Source: Candidatus Levyibacteriota bacterium (GTDB lineage Bacteria; Patescibacteriota; Microgenomatia; Levybacterales; UBA12049). From it: a DNA stretch of 64,000 nt. Location: NCBI GenBank assembly GCA_029260965.1, contig JAJDCG010000001.1, forward strand, positions 89,221 to 153,220, given 5' to 3'. Numbering within the stretch: position 1 is the stretch's first letter; each line of letters starts with the position of its first letter. Both the position numbers and the translations under genes were made by a program. The notes beneath the pieces were generated by a model. The model was not told where the DNA came from. It saw nothing but the letters and a program-made list of their open reading frames with translations, and did no database searches. This document shows, piece after piece, positions 36,437-45,305 of the stretch.

Positions 36437-37519
36437 ATGTCCCAGAAATTAACCCCTGTTATCTCAGAAGTAGTAGCTAGTGCTAAAAAAAGAGGCTATA
36501 TCACGCAAGAAGAAATACTTGGAATTTACACTAAGCCAGAAGAACATATCGAAGATCTTGATTCTCTTTATGACAAGCTCATGAAGGGTAGTATTGATGT
36601 GTTTGAGTCAGTTGCTCAGTCGCAGGAGCAGGACAAACCAATTGAAGATCTGGAAAAAGAGCTTGAGGCTCTCACAGTCCTGACAGAGGGATCGGTATCT
36701 GATCCTGTGCGTATGTACCTCAAAGAGATAGGTCGCATACCCCTTCTTACTTTTGATCAGGAAATTGATTTAGCCAAAAGAGTTGAAAAAAGCGAAATTG
36801 CAGCAAAAAAGAAGCTTATAAATTCAAATTTGAGACTAGTTGTCTCAATTGCCAAAAAATATATTGGTAGGGGCTTGACACTTCTTGATCTTATCCAAGA
36901 GGGGAATCAGGGCTTGATCCGTGCGGTAGAGAAATATGACTGGAGAAGAGGATTTAAGTTTTCAACTTATGCTACATGGTGGATCAGGCAATCTGTGACA
37001 CGTGCAATTGCCGATCAGGCTCGTACTATCCGAATTCCAGTTCACATGGTTGAGAATATTAACAGATTTCTTCGAAGTCAGCGAAAGCTGATGCAGGAGC
37101 TTGGTCGTGAACCCACACCAGAGGAGGTCGCAAAAGTGCTTGGAATTGAACCTGATAAAGCACTTGAAATTATAAAAATTTCCCAAAATCCAGCCAGTCT
37201 AGAGGCGCCGGTTGGAGACGAGGAAGATTCACGCCTCGGAGATTTTATATCAGATAGTTCCGCACCTACTCTTTTTGATTCTGCTAGTCGTGAGCTTCTC
37301 AAGGAACAGGTTGATCAGGTGCTTGATACACTTTCTGATCGTGAAAGAAGGGTTTTGAAAGAGCGTTTTGGTCTGGATGATGGCAGGCCCAAGACACTTG
37401 AAGAGGTGGGACGCATGTTTCAGGTCACCCGTGAGCGTATCCGTCAGATTGAAGCTAAGGCTCTGCGCAAACTCCGCCACCCCAGTCGTGGTAACAAGCT
37501 CCGTGATTATCTAGTCTAA
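36437..37519 (+). CDS. rpoD: RNA polymerase sigma factor RpoD (sigma-70)
   Basis: Region 2 is [54 protein letters not shown]. Regions 3 and 4 are present. Confidence 0.9.
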   Translation: MSQKLTPVISEVVASAKKRGYITQEEILGIYTKPEEHIEDLDSLYDKLMKGSIDVFESVAQSQEQDKPIEDLEKELEALTVLTEGSVSDPVRMYLKEIGRIPLLTFDQEIDLAKRVEKSEIAAKKKLINSNLRLVVSIAKKYIGRGLTLLDLIQEGNQGLIRAVEKYDWRRGFKFSTYATWWIRQSVTRAIADQARTIRIPVHMVENINRFLRSQRKLMQELGREPTPEEVAKVLGIEPDKALEIIKISQNPASLEAPVGDEEDSRLGDFISDSSAPTLFDSASRELLKEQVDQVLDTLSDRERRVLKERFGLDDGRPKTLEEVGRMFQVTRERIRQIEAKALRKLRHPSRGNKLRDYLV

Positions 37520-38787
37520 TTGACTTCTCTTTTCTTTTCGATAATATCTGATGCTGGATTTGTACGACGCGCCAGATAGATGAAGGGAAGAGCCATCGCG
37601 TAAATAATTCCAGATACAGCATAAGAGGTTGAGTAGTTCCAGATGTCAGCAACTCTTCCAAGTGCTGGTTGTATGATAACACCTCCACTTGATCCGATTA
37701 AAGAATCAAATGACAATACAGTCGCGCGCTGCTGTGATGGTATGAGACCGTTTAGATAACTTTGTCTTATCGGGATTAGTGCTGCAAACATCAGTCCCCA
37801 GATGAAAATAAGCACCAGAACAGCATAGAAATTCTGAACAAATGATACGGAAGTTAAAATAACTGCAGATATTAGAATTCCGGTAAAAATAGCAGTAGTG
37901 CGTCTTCTAAAAAGCTTTCTCATATAGGATGCGCTAAACCCTCCTGCGATTTGAGCACTTGCCACAAGGGCTGCTGCTAAACCTGCGACACCATATGCTT
38001 CTTTATTTCCATAAAGCTCAAGTAAATATGGCTGCAGTGCATAAAATCCATAAAAACTGACGCCCATGGTAAATGGTGCTGCAATCATAATCCATCTAAC
38101 AGGAGGATTTTTGAGGCCGTGATCTATGGAATTTTTAAATATCTTCTTCATTTCTTTTAGAGGCGTTTTGCTTTTCTGGGGTGCAAATCCCAGATCCCGC
38201 ATTAGGAAAAATGCTGTGAAGAAATTTATGATAAGTATTGCGGTTCTTATGATATATGGCACACCCAAGTTTGTCATTTGTGCGATGAAACCACCAGCAA
38301 TTGATCCTGTTAACATGGCAACACCTGATGCAATTTGACCCTTTGCAAAAACGCCGTCCAGATCACCCGTGAAATTGGTGGCAGTGAGAGCATCAACCAA
38401 CCACGCTTCAAGTGCGCCTGAGAAAAATGTAAACCCAAGACCAAGCACCATAGAAGAGACGGCCCAGCCCCAGAAAGGACCTTGAATCTGCCACATGAAT
38501 AAATAAAGCGCTGTTGATAAAGAGAGGGTTATTGCGCCAAGTAGATATGAAATGCGTCTACCATATGTATCAGCAACTACTCCTGTTGGCACCTCAAAAA
38601 TTACCTGACCAAGGGTGAAAAAAGCATTGGCAGCAAATGCCTGAAGGTTACTAAGTCCTGCATCAAGTAGAAAAAGTGTATTGACTCCCCAGATAAAGGA
38701 TGCGGCAAGTGTGTTCCCGAGTACGAGATAAATATAGATCCTCTGAATGCTTCGAGGTTTTTTAACCATGGTTGGATTTTGCGACAA
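37516..38787 (-). CDS. MFS transporter
   Basis: 12 predicted TM helices. An MFS motif-A-like segment [16 protein letters not shown]. Confidence 0.7.
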   Translation of the reverse strand: MSQNPTMVKKPRSIQRIYIYLVLGNTLAASFIWGVNTLFLLDAGLSNLQAFAANAFFTLGQVIFEVPTGVVADTYGRRISYLLGAITLSLSTALYLFMWQIQGPFWGWAVSSMVLGLGFTFFSGALEAWLVDALTATNFTGDLDGVFAKGQIASGVAMLTGSIAGGFIAQMTNLGVPYIIRTAILIINFFTAFFLMRDLGFAPQKSKTPLKEMKKIFKNSIDHGLKNPPVRWIMIAAPFTMGVSFYGFYALQPYLLELYGNKEAYGVAGLAAALVASAQIAGGFSASYMRKLFRRRTTAIFTGILISAVILTSVSFVQNFYAVLVLIFIWGLMFAALIPIRQSYLNGLIPSQQRATVLSFDSLIGSSGGVIIQPALGRVADIWNYSTSYAVSGIIYAMALPFIYLARRTNPASDIIEKKREVN

Positions 38788-39100
38788 AGTAGTTGATGAA
38801 CGAAAGGATTATGCTAAACAAAAGCGCCCACCAGAAGCTGTCAACCGAAAAGCCAGGTACAACGGCACTAGCAAGAAGTATCATCAATGCATTTATAACA
38901 AATGCAAAAAGACCTAGTGTAACAACTGTTAGAGGGAGGGTTAGAAGGATAATAACGGGTTTTACAAGCACATTGATAACACCCAGTACAACAGCTACAA
39001 CAAAAGCAGAAACAAAACCTGATAGTTGTACGCCTGGCAGGATATAGGCGGTCACAAAAATAACGATTGCACTGAGTAACCAGTTGATAAGTATGGTCAT
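38762..39100 (-). CDS. phage-holin superfamily IV / DUF360-like small membrane protein
   Basis: 112 aa with 4 TM helices: LLSAIVIFVTAYILPGV...VVAVVLGVINVLVKP. Confidence 0.5.
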   Translation of the reverse strand: MTILINWLLSAIVIFVTAYILPGVQLSGFVSAFVVAVVLGVINVLVKPVIILLTLPLTVVTLGLFAFVINALMILLASAVVPGFSVDSFWWALLFSIILSFINYFVAKSNHG

Positions 39101-39148
39101 AAATATATTATACAGCTTTTTTCAAATTTATAAAAACGCTGAGAGGAA

Positions 39149-39766
39149 TTAGAAGCCTAAGTCTTCTTCAATTAGAATGAATTTGATTTTGCGGGCATTC
39201 ATTGGGCTTTCGTTTTTGAAGATAACTATTTTATTTAGACTTGTTCCCATGCCGTATTTTTCCTTCATGTGCTGGTCCTCAAGAGGAACGATATGCTTCT
39301 CAAGCCTTTTCATAGCTGATTCCAGATTTGGAACTATTTTTTTGGTGCTAACTATAAAAATAAGATTTTCGGAAGAATAGACAATATGTGAGAGTTGGCT
39401 GGCAGTATTGCTGGCAACCAAAAATTCACCTGATTGAGTAAGGGCGTGTACGCTTCCCAGGTAATAATCTGACAGCAATCCATGTTTTCGCAGTTTGGCT
39501 TTTTTTATAGGATCAGTTTCGCTAACAATTTTTTTATGTAGATTGTTCCATTTGTGCTTATCTGTTTTTAGATAATCGACAAATCCTATTTGCTCACTGG
39601 TCACAGATGCGCCATTCATCAGAGTTGCTCCCTCTGGAATTGATTTTTTTACCTCAATCAATGCATCTTCTTTATTTTTTACGATAGTTGCTTCATATCC
39701 CTTATCGTTGAGGCTTTTGACTGTTTTATCCAATGTTTTCTTATCTGCCAGTTTATTAAATTGCAT
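39149..39766 (-). CDS. LUD (lactate-utilisation LutC/YkgG-like) domain protein
   Basis: KTVKSLNDKGYEATIVKNKEDALIEVKKSIPEGATLMNGASVT...GVSHALTQSGEFLVASNTASQ. The start is ambiguous between 39766 and 39826. Confidence 0.5.
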   Translation of the reverse strand: MQFNKLADKKTLDKTVKSLNDKGYEATIVKNKEDALIEVKKSIPEGATLMNGASVTSEQIGFVDYLKTDKHKWNNLHKKIVSETDPIKKAKLRKHGLLSDYYLGSVHALTQSGEFLVASNTASQLSHIVYSSENLIFIVSTKKIVPNLESAMKRLEKHIVPLEDQHMKEKYGMGTSLNKIVIFKNESPMNARKIKFILIEEDLGF

Positions 39767-39781
39767 ATTAGATGTATAATA

Positions 39782-39831
39782 CATACTAAGTATGGATTTA
39801 ACAAGTACATACTTTTTGTATACCAAGTATG
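39782..39831. promoter_or_regulatory. operator-like AGTATG/CATACT inverted repeats in the divergent LUD / hxlR intergenic region
   Basis: A perfect palindrome CATACT-A-AGTATG at 39782-39794. Further half-sites: CATACT at 39808-13 and AGTATG at 39826-31. GTATAC at 39818-23. Confidence 0.45.
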
Positions 39832-40140
39832 AAAGATGTTAGCATGTGTCAGTTAGACAAAACCCTGAGTATAATTGGAGGAAAATGGAAAATGGTAATT
39901 CTCTGGCATTTATCACATGATGTGCTGAGGTTCTCTGAGCTTGAGAAAAAAATTCCAGAAATAACTCAAAAAATGCTTTCCCAATCTCTTCGTGAGCTGG
40001 AAAAAAATAAATTAATCTCAAGGAAAGTTTATCCTGTCATCCCCCCAAAAGTAGAATACGCGATTACCGCGCATGGCGTATCACTTGGAAAAGTACTAAA
40101 CGAGCTAAATAAATGGAGCCAGACTCATCTGACAAAATAA
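39829..40140 (+). CDS. HxlR-family winged-helix transcriptional regulator
   Basis: CQLDKTLSIIGGKWKMVILWHLSHDVLRFSELEKKIPEITQKMLSQSLRELEKNKLISRKVYPVIPPKVEYAIT. Confidence 0.8.
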   Translation: MKDVSMCQLDKTLSIIGGKWKMVILWHLSHDVLRFSELEKKIPEITQKMLSQSLRELEKNKLISRKVYPVIPPKVEYAITAHGVSLGKVLNELNKWSQTHLTK

Positions 40141-40220
40141 TCCACTATCCTCTGGATTTGAAGTGTGTTAAATGTTAAAATACTTCTTATCATGTATGCC
40201 AAGTTGGGATACATAGATAT

Positions 40221-40292
40221 TCCCCTGTAGCTCAATGGTAGAGCGCGCGACTGTTAATCGCTAGGTTCGAGGTTCGAATCCTCGCGGGGGAG
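40221..40292 (+). tRNA. tRNA-Asn (anticodon GTT)
   Basis: The acceptor is TCCCCTG/CGGGGGA. D-arm GCTCAATGGTAGAGC. Anticodon loop CTGTTAA. T-arm CGAGGTTCGAATCCTCG. The CCA is not encoded. Confidence 0.85.
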
Positions 40293-40305
40293 CAAAATTG
40301 TCAAT

Positions 40306-40392
40306 TTGTAGCTCAGCGGTACCTGCCTGCCGGCAGGCAGGGAGCAGGAAGCTGCTAACTTCAAGGTCCGAGGTTCGAATCCTCGCGTGGGA
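40306..40392 (+). pseudogene. tRNA-like element / probable tRNA pseudogene with 20-nt palindromic insertion in the D-loop
   Basis: The canonical D-arm GTAGCTCAGCGGTA|GAGC is interrupted by the perfect palindrome CCTGCCTGCCGGCAGGCAGG at 40322-40341. The anticodon-like loop is CTGCTAA. The T-arm and 3' acceptor are near-identical to the tRNA-Asn 3' end, but no complementary 5' acceptor strand is present. Confidence 0.5.
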
Positions 40393-40701
40393 ATCGTAGG
40401 AAGAACAGAACTAGATTTAGACAAACAAATAGCAACCTTTGAGAAAGAAAAGGAGGTAATGTTTACAGTAAAAGATGGTTTGTACGCACATACACCAGAT
40501 GATGGTGGGTTGTTCACAATAAAGCGAGGGCCATTTAGTGTAGCGCTCGATGCGATGCTTTACTGTCGGCTAACAATGGAATATTTAACTCTTGAGAGTT
40601 TTCTCAATATTTTGGAATTTATGTATAAAATCGCTTCTCAAAGAAGAAGTGATGATGCATACTTCCCTAGATTTAGGAATGAAAACGAGTTTTGGAATTA
40701 A
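40387..40701 (+). CDS. hypothetical protein
   Basis: A 104-aa ORF beginning inside the tRNA-like element. The true start is probably an internal Met near 40459. Confidence 0.3.
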   Translation: MGIVGRTELDLDKQIATFEKEKEVMFTVKDGLYAHTPDDGGLFTIKRGPFSVALDAMLYCRLTMEYLTLESFLNILEFMYKIASQRRSDDAYFPRFRNENEFWN

Positions 40702-40734
40702 CTACGTTGCAGGAGTACGGAAAAGTGCCAAATA

Positions 40735-41730
40735 TTGATATTGAAGTACAAATATATGAGCTACTACGAACTAGAGCAAGATAAAGCCATTAGGCAATTT
40801 TTAAAGGATTTTCCTGAACCAACAAAGGACAATCTTTTTATCTTATTTCATAGCCATTTCATATACCCAGATATAGAAACTGAATTTCTAAACAAAGTTG
40901 CAAAAAATGCTATTGATGTAAGTTACGATTATTTTATTTCTCTCCCGAAAACAAAGAGATTCCATTTTTTACGAGCCTTGGGAAAATTAATAGATTCTGC
41001 CTTGTCGTTAAAAATCTGGGAATTCCAGCTCTCAAGAAATGATGCTAAGTGGTATTGGAAAGGTACCCCTACTTACTTTTTAGCATTAACACATTTAGTA
41101 GAACCTCTTGAATCTTTAAGGCACGAAATGGGATTAGTTAAAAGAAAACATTTGTATGAAAAAATTGTTTGTGTAGAGGGAGAAAGCGAACTTAGTTTTA
41201 TAAGGACTATGTATCTAACTGCAAAATATGCAAACTTTGACTTTCCTGTCTACAGCTATAGAGGGAAGGGTGAAATACAGAATTTAATACACTTTATTAA
41301 AGAAAAAAATAGGCAAGGAATAAGAGTTCTCTTATCGTACGATATGGATAGACAGTCAGACTCATTTATTAAGAACATTAAGAAAAAATGCGTTATTGAA
41401 AAAACTTTTGGGTTCAACCAAGACTTCGAAAGCTCATTCCCGCCTAAAATACTAAAGTACTCATTAGATTCCTATATCAAAAGGTACACAAAGTTAAAAA
41501 TATCATTAAATGAAAAAGATGTTGCCGACTTATTAACTCAACAAAAGCCATTTTTAAAAATATTTAGTCAAAAATATAATGTAAAAATTAACAAAGTGAA
41601 GTTTGGTGAGATAATGGGGAAAATTATGGCAGGCATACTATATCAACATTGGAACGATGTTTTTAATAAGCCCATGAAAGCACCATTTAACTATGAAATA
41701 TTTAAGTTTTTAAAATATTTAGTCACATGA
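40735..41730 (+). CDS. TOPRIM-like (DUF4435/RloB/OLD-type) domain protein with N-terminal extension
   Basis: The conserved glutamate lies in KIVCVEGESELSFIRTMY. About 55 aa later, an acidic DxD motif lies in VLLSYDMDRQSD. This is the E...DxD spacing of Toprim folds. The N-terminal ~140 aa has no recognisable domain. Confidence 0.45.
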   Translation: MILKYKYMSYYELEQDKAIRQFLKDFPEPTKDNLFILFHSHFIYPDIETEFLNKVAKNAIDVSYDYFISLPKTKRFHFLRALGKLIDSALSLKIWEFQLSRNDAKWYWKGTPTYFLALTHLVEPLESLRHEMGLVKRKHLYEKIVCVEGESELSFIRTMYLTAKYANFDFPVYSYRGKGEIQNLIHFIKEKNRQGIRVLLSYDMDRQSDSFIKNIKKKCVIEKTFGFNQDFESSFPPKILKYSLDSYIKRYTKLKISLNEKDVADLLTQQKPFLKIFSQKYNVKINKVKFGEIMGKIMAGILYQHWNDVFNKPMKAPFNYEIFKFLKYLVT

Positions 41731-42386
41731 TGTATATAATAAGCTGGCTTCAAGATAACTATGGCTGGACAATTAGTTTGGTGATACAAGGTTTTATTGC
41801 CTATCACGTTTTCTTTTTATCCCAAAGACTATCAAACAGGGAGAGGTTAAAACACAAAGATGCTATAAAAAATAAGGCAGATGAATTGTTATCAGAAATT
41901 CGGAGAAAGAAATTAAATAGTGAAGTATATTTAGTAAACATTAACAGATATTTTAAAGACTATCCATCCAACGAGAAAAGACGATTTGAAGGATATTCCC
42001 ATATCAAAGCAGAAATAAAAACTACAAGATTTGATGGCATTGAGTTTTTTGCTGAAATGCCAAGGGAAGTATATAGAAAATCAGATGGGAGCCTGTCGTT
42101 TAAGGGAAGCAAGAAAGAACATGTATTTAATGCGTTTCCAGTTGGCGTAGTGCCGTATGAATGGATAGAGCATGTGGACACTGCAGGTGATGAGTATGCC
42201 TATGTACCATTGTTCTACTGTCATTTTAAGGGAAGAACACATTGGAAATTTTGGAAACGTTTACTTTTCTTTGGGTATCCTTACAAGCAAATGCTTTATT
42301 ATCGTCTAAGTGATGTGTATAACGAAAGAAATGATCCGATGGAAATGAAGTATGCCTATATAAACGAACCTATTACTAAATCCTAA
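41727..42386 (+). CDS. hypothetical membrane-anchored protein, translationally coupled partner of the TOPRIM-like gene
   Basis: A 4-nt ATGA overlap with the upstream gene. An N-terminal TM helix (WTISLVIQGFIAYHVFFL), then a ~190-aa soluble domain with no known motif. Confidence 0.45.
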   Translation: MMYIISWLQDNYGWTISLVIQGFIAYHVFFLSQRLSNRERLKHKDAIKNKADELLSEIRRKKLNSEVYLVNINRYFKDYPSNEKRRFEGYSHIKAEIKTTRFDGIEFFAEMPREVYRKSDGSLSFKGSKKEHVFNAFPVGVVPYEWIEHVDTAGDEYAYVPLFYCHFKGRTHWKFWKRLLFFGYPYKQMLYYRLSDVYNERNDPMEMKYAYINEPITKS

Positions 42387-42856
42387 CTGACTATAGCCAT
42401 CGCTGGCCGTACTTTCTCCATTTCCTCCTTTAGTTGGTTGATGAACCTAAAATTCTCAAATACCTTGAAGATACGCACAAATTGACTGGTTATATTAACG
42501 TTACGATCCCCGAGCCAAATGGGATTTGCAGGTCGCAAATCCGGGAATTGTGCGAACAAATCAGTATATCTCTGAGGTTCGACCCAATCCTTATACTTTT
42601 CACTCCATTTTTCTTGTTCTGCAAAGGGTATGAGGTGATCATCCAGTTCTATCAATACTTTTTTGTGATTCACCTGTAAGTTCGAGCCGATGTTAAACAA
42701 TACTTCTCTTCTCGCGTCACGACCTCCAACCTTAAATTTTATAGCAGAGCCATAAGCAATATCGATTGCTTCTTCGATTTTTATTCTCCATGATGAAAGA
42801 CTGCCGTGAGCGTTTTCTATCTTGTTAATTAGGGTTTGTTTTGTTGATATGCCCAT
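42383..42856 (-). CDS. hypothetical protein
   Basis: 157 aa. Its C-terminal 30 codons are covered by repeat copy A at 42413-42503. A decayed paralogous C-terminal fragment lies at 45302-45468. Confidence 0.4.
   Translation of the reverse strand: MGISTKQTLINKIENAHGSLSSWRIKIEEAIDIAYGSAIKFKVGGRDARREVLFNIGSNLQVNHKKVLIELDDHLIPFAEQEKWSEKYKDWVEPQRYTDLFAQFPDLRPANPIWLGDRNVNITSQFVRIFKVFENFRFINQLKEEMEKVRPAMAIVS
42413..42503. repeat. ~90-nt direct repeat copy A (about 80% identical to 45362-45451)
   Basis: Shared core ttgaa.at.c.cacaaatt.actggttatattaac.ttacgatcc.cgagc. Confidence 0.6.
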
Positions 42857-43074
42857 ATTTTCGTACCTAACTCCGTATCAGCTAAACTAATTTTTTCCAC
42901 CAGGGCATTCATTCTTGAAAGCCTTCTATTTCCTGTTTGAACTCGAAACTCATGAACACGTAATTCTGTTAAGACATTTCGTGCTTCAACCACCGCTTCT
43001 CTGATTGTTTTCTTGAGGTACTCTTTATCGTTACTACCCTTCCTCTGCGGACAATTCAGCCTTTCGTTTCGCAT
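42829..43074 (-). CDS. hypothetical small protein
   Basis: An 81-aa ORF overlapping the 157-aa gene. No motif. The start is uncertain because the alternative small ORF 43037-43177 overlaps it. Confidence 0.25.
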   Translation of the reverse strand: MRNERLNCPQRKGSNDKEYLKKTIREAVVEARNVLTELRVHEFRVQTGNRRLSRMNALVEKISLADTELGTKIWAYQQNKP

Positions 43075-43177
43075 AATTCACAGCATATGCAACAATAGCT
43101 GCAAGTCCTAAGTTCATTAAAAACAAAACTGCAAAATCAGCAAAAGTAAGCGTTATCATAATCGTATTATAATCCAT
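43037..43177 (-). CDS. small hydrophobic peptide (47 aa, single TM, charged C-terminus)
   Basis: MDYNTIMITLTFADFAVLFLMNLGLAAIVAYAVNYAKRKAELSAEEG. A good SD (AGAGG, 5 nt upstream of the ATG). Not in the ORF track because it is under 60 aa. Confidence 0.35.
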
Positions 43178-43207
43178 TTGAACCTCTGATATAATCACAT
43201 CATTAGT

Positions 43208-43693
43208 ATGGAAGATGAAAATGTTAAGAAAGCCAAAGATATAATCTCAAAAATTCTTTATATCACTATTGCTACTGCTTCCAAAGATGGAACTCCTTGG
43301 AATAGCCCTGTTTATTCAGCATACGATGACGAGTATAATTTCTTTTGGGCATCAGATCAAAACGGTCAGCATTCAAAGAACATAGCGGAAAACAACAAAG
43401 TGTTTCTGGTTATTTATGACTCTACAGCAGCAGAAGGAACTGGTGAAGGAGTATATATTCAAGCAAAGACATCCATGCTTACTGATCCTGAAGAAATAGC
43501 ACATGCGCTAGAATGCCTTGATGGACGAGTGAACAAGAAGAAAGACCCCCTGTCAAGAATTGCTCAGTTTCAAGGAGACAAGCCAAGAAGGGTCTATAAA
43601 GCAGTTCCAGAAAAAGTTTGGATAAATGGTGATGGAGACGTAAATGGCGAGTATATTGATATACGGATGGAGATTGATTTACTAGGGAAATAG
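43208..43693 (+). CDS. pyridoxamine 5'-phosphate oxidase-like FMN-binding (general stress protein 26 family) protein
   Basis: ILYITIATASKDGTPWNSPVYSAYDDEYNFFWASDQNGQHSKNIAENNKVFLVIYD. Confidence 0.6.
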   Translation: MEDENVKKAKDIISKILYITIATASKDGTPWNSPVYSAYDDEYNFFWASDQNGQHSKNIAENNKVFLVIYDSTAAEGTGEGVYIQAKTSMLTDPEEIAHALECLDGRVNKKKDPLSRIAQFQGDKPRRVYKAVPEKVWINGDGDVNGEYIDIRMEIDLLGK

Positions 43694-43694
43694 T

Positions 43695-44165
43695 ATGGAC
43701 GACAAGCATTACTTACAACTAGCCATAGAACAAGCAAAAAAATCAGTTGACGAAGATGGTTTCCCAGCTGGAGCAATCATTGTCAAGAATGGGCAAGTAC
43801 TAGCTGAAGGGATTAGTGTTGGCTTCAAGAACAACGACCCAACGGGGCATGCCGAAACTTCTGCAATAAGAGCAGCTTGTCAAAAAGTAAAATCTTCTGA
43901 TTTAACAGGTGCAGTGTTGTATGAGTCCTTGGAATGTTGCAACATGTGCTTTTCGGTAGCAAATTGGGCAGGTGTATCAAAAATCGTATTTGCTTGCAAG
44001 AAGACACCTGAGATGGTAAATAAACTTTATTATGAAGGAACTACCAGTAATTATTTACTTAACCAAAGTAACAGTCATAAAATAGACCTCGTATTTATTC
44101 CTGATTTCGAGCAAGCAGCTCTAGATCTAGTTAAAAGTTGGGAGGAAAAAAACAATGGAATATAA
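43695..44165 (+). CDS. CMP/dCMP-type nucleoside/nucleotide deaminase (TadA/guanine deaminase-like)
   Basis: The zinc ligands are HAETSAIRAAC...LECCNMCFSVANWAG (H.E and PC..C). Confidence 0.7.
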   Translation: MDDKHYLQLAIEQAKKSVDEDGFPAGAIIVKNGQVLAEGISVGFKNNDPTGHAETSAIRAACQKVKSSDLTGAVLYESLECCNMCFSVANWAGVSKIVFACKKTPEMVNKLYYEGTTSNYLLNQSNSHKIDLVFIPDFEQAALDLVKSWEEKNNGI

Positions 44166-44529
44166 CAAATTAACAATAATTATTAAAAAACCACTTGCGG
44201 AAGTTTTTGCATTTTGTATTACGCCACCAAAGGCAAAACTCTGGGTGCCAAATATTATCGATGAAAAAACAAATGAGTCGCCAATTAAAGTTGGGACTGT
44301 TTATACAGAATATAAGGATGACAAGACCTCATTTAACATAATCGTTACCGATTACAGGGAGAATGATTACATCGAGTGGAAAACAGAGGATGGGAATTAT
44401 CATGTTAGATATACGTTTACATCGATTGACCAAAATACTACACAACTTGAATATGTTGAAACTGGAAATGTTGATGAGCCTTTTACTCAAGAGGTTTTGG
44501 AGAAACTTAAGGTTGTCATAGAAAGTTAA
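44155..44529 (+). CDS. SRPBCC (START/Bet v1-like, polyketide cyclase-type) domain protein
   Basis: 124 aa, IIIKKPLAEVFAFCITPPKAKLWVPNI...YIEWKTEDGNYHVRYTF. Confidence 0.5.
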   Translation: MEYNKLTIIIKKPLAEVFAFCITPPKAKLWVPNIIDEKTNESPIKVGTVYTEYKDDKTSFNIIVTDYRENDYIEWKTEDGNYHVRYTFTSIDQNTTQLEYVETGNVDEPFTQEVLEKLKVVIES

Positions 44530-44666
44530 ATTGAGAGCAATGTTTTTGTCTGTTGCATAACAACATCAGGATAATCAATAATCTCTAACCAGTTGGAGCC
44601 GTAGAAATCGTTCCACTTGGGGAGCATAATTAATTTGGCCTTGAAATTAATCAACCCAGTTAATAT

Positions 44667-45305
44667 TTAATATAGCCTTTGGCTACATGAGGCAGACCCA
44701 AGCCATGTATGTGGATTGCCATCCCAACACCACCCAAGATTTGGTTGTTTTTTTGAATTTAGCCATATAGCTGGAACTCTTTTATTCCCTTTGCATCGAG
44801 ATGCTAAAAGCGAAAAGCAATTATTTTTCATCAAAAATTTAGGATAGTGAGTAATGATTGCAACTCCCTCATCAATGGTTAATGGGAAACGACTATCTTT
44901 AGCTATTAAGTCAAATGCTTCATTTGGTGGGAGATTTATGTTTAGTTTCCCTCTGTCTATGTTGAGACACATATAAACGTTTTGTTTTGGAATAGGTACA
45001 TCCTTTATTGGACTGAAATTTCTGGGTTCATGTGGGTAGAGTTTTATTATTCCATCTTTGCCGTCTTTGCTGGCGTGTGTCATGGCAAACTCCGTCGAGA
45101 CAAATTTGTTTGATACGACAATTACAAAAGGTAGTGTGCCTTTTTCGTAATCAATATCATATGTTGCTGAGTCCACCTTCATTATAAGTGGTTCTACTAT
45201 AGCCTTGAATTTCTCTCTGGATAAATTTGCTGCTTCGGGGTAGCCGTTATCCAGCAAATTATCCAGCTGTCGTTTAAACTCCAAATGTAATATGTCTTGT
45301 TTCAT
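44667..45305 (-). CDS. hypothetical protein
   Basis: 212-aa ORF. Its ATG overlaps the stop of the upstream pseudogene fragment (ATGA). No assignable domain. The 3' boundary is uncertain. Confidence 0.4.
   Translation of the reverse strand: MKQDILHLEFKRQLDNLLDNGYPEAANLSREKFKAIVEPLIMKVDSATYDIDYEKGTLPFVIVVSNKFVSTEFAMTHASKDGKDGIIKLYPHEPRNFSPIKDVPIPKQNVYMCLNIDRGKLNINLPPNEAFDLIAKDSRFPLTIDEGVAIITHYPKFLMKNNCFSLLASRCKGNKRVPAIWLNSKKQPNLGWCWDGNPHTWLGSASCSQRLY

Noticed and set aside
40306-40392. Functional tRNA-Ser(GCU) call for the second tRNA-like element
   Set aside because: No 5' acceptor strand is complementary to the 3' CGTGGGA. The variable arm is short (class I) although the anticodon GCU would require a class II Ser tRNA. 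The D-loop is inflated by a 20-nt palindrome.
40254-40517. 87-aa minus-strand ORF
   Set aside because: It lies entirely across the tRNA-Asn and tRNA-like elements. It is an ORF-finder artefact.
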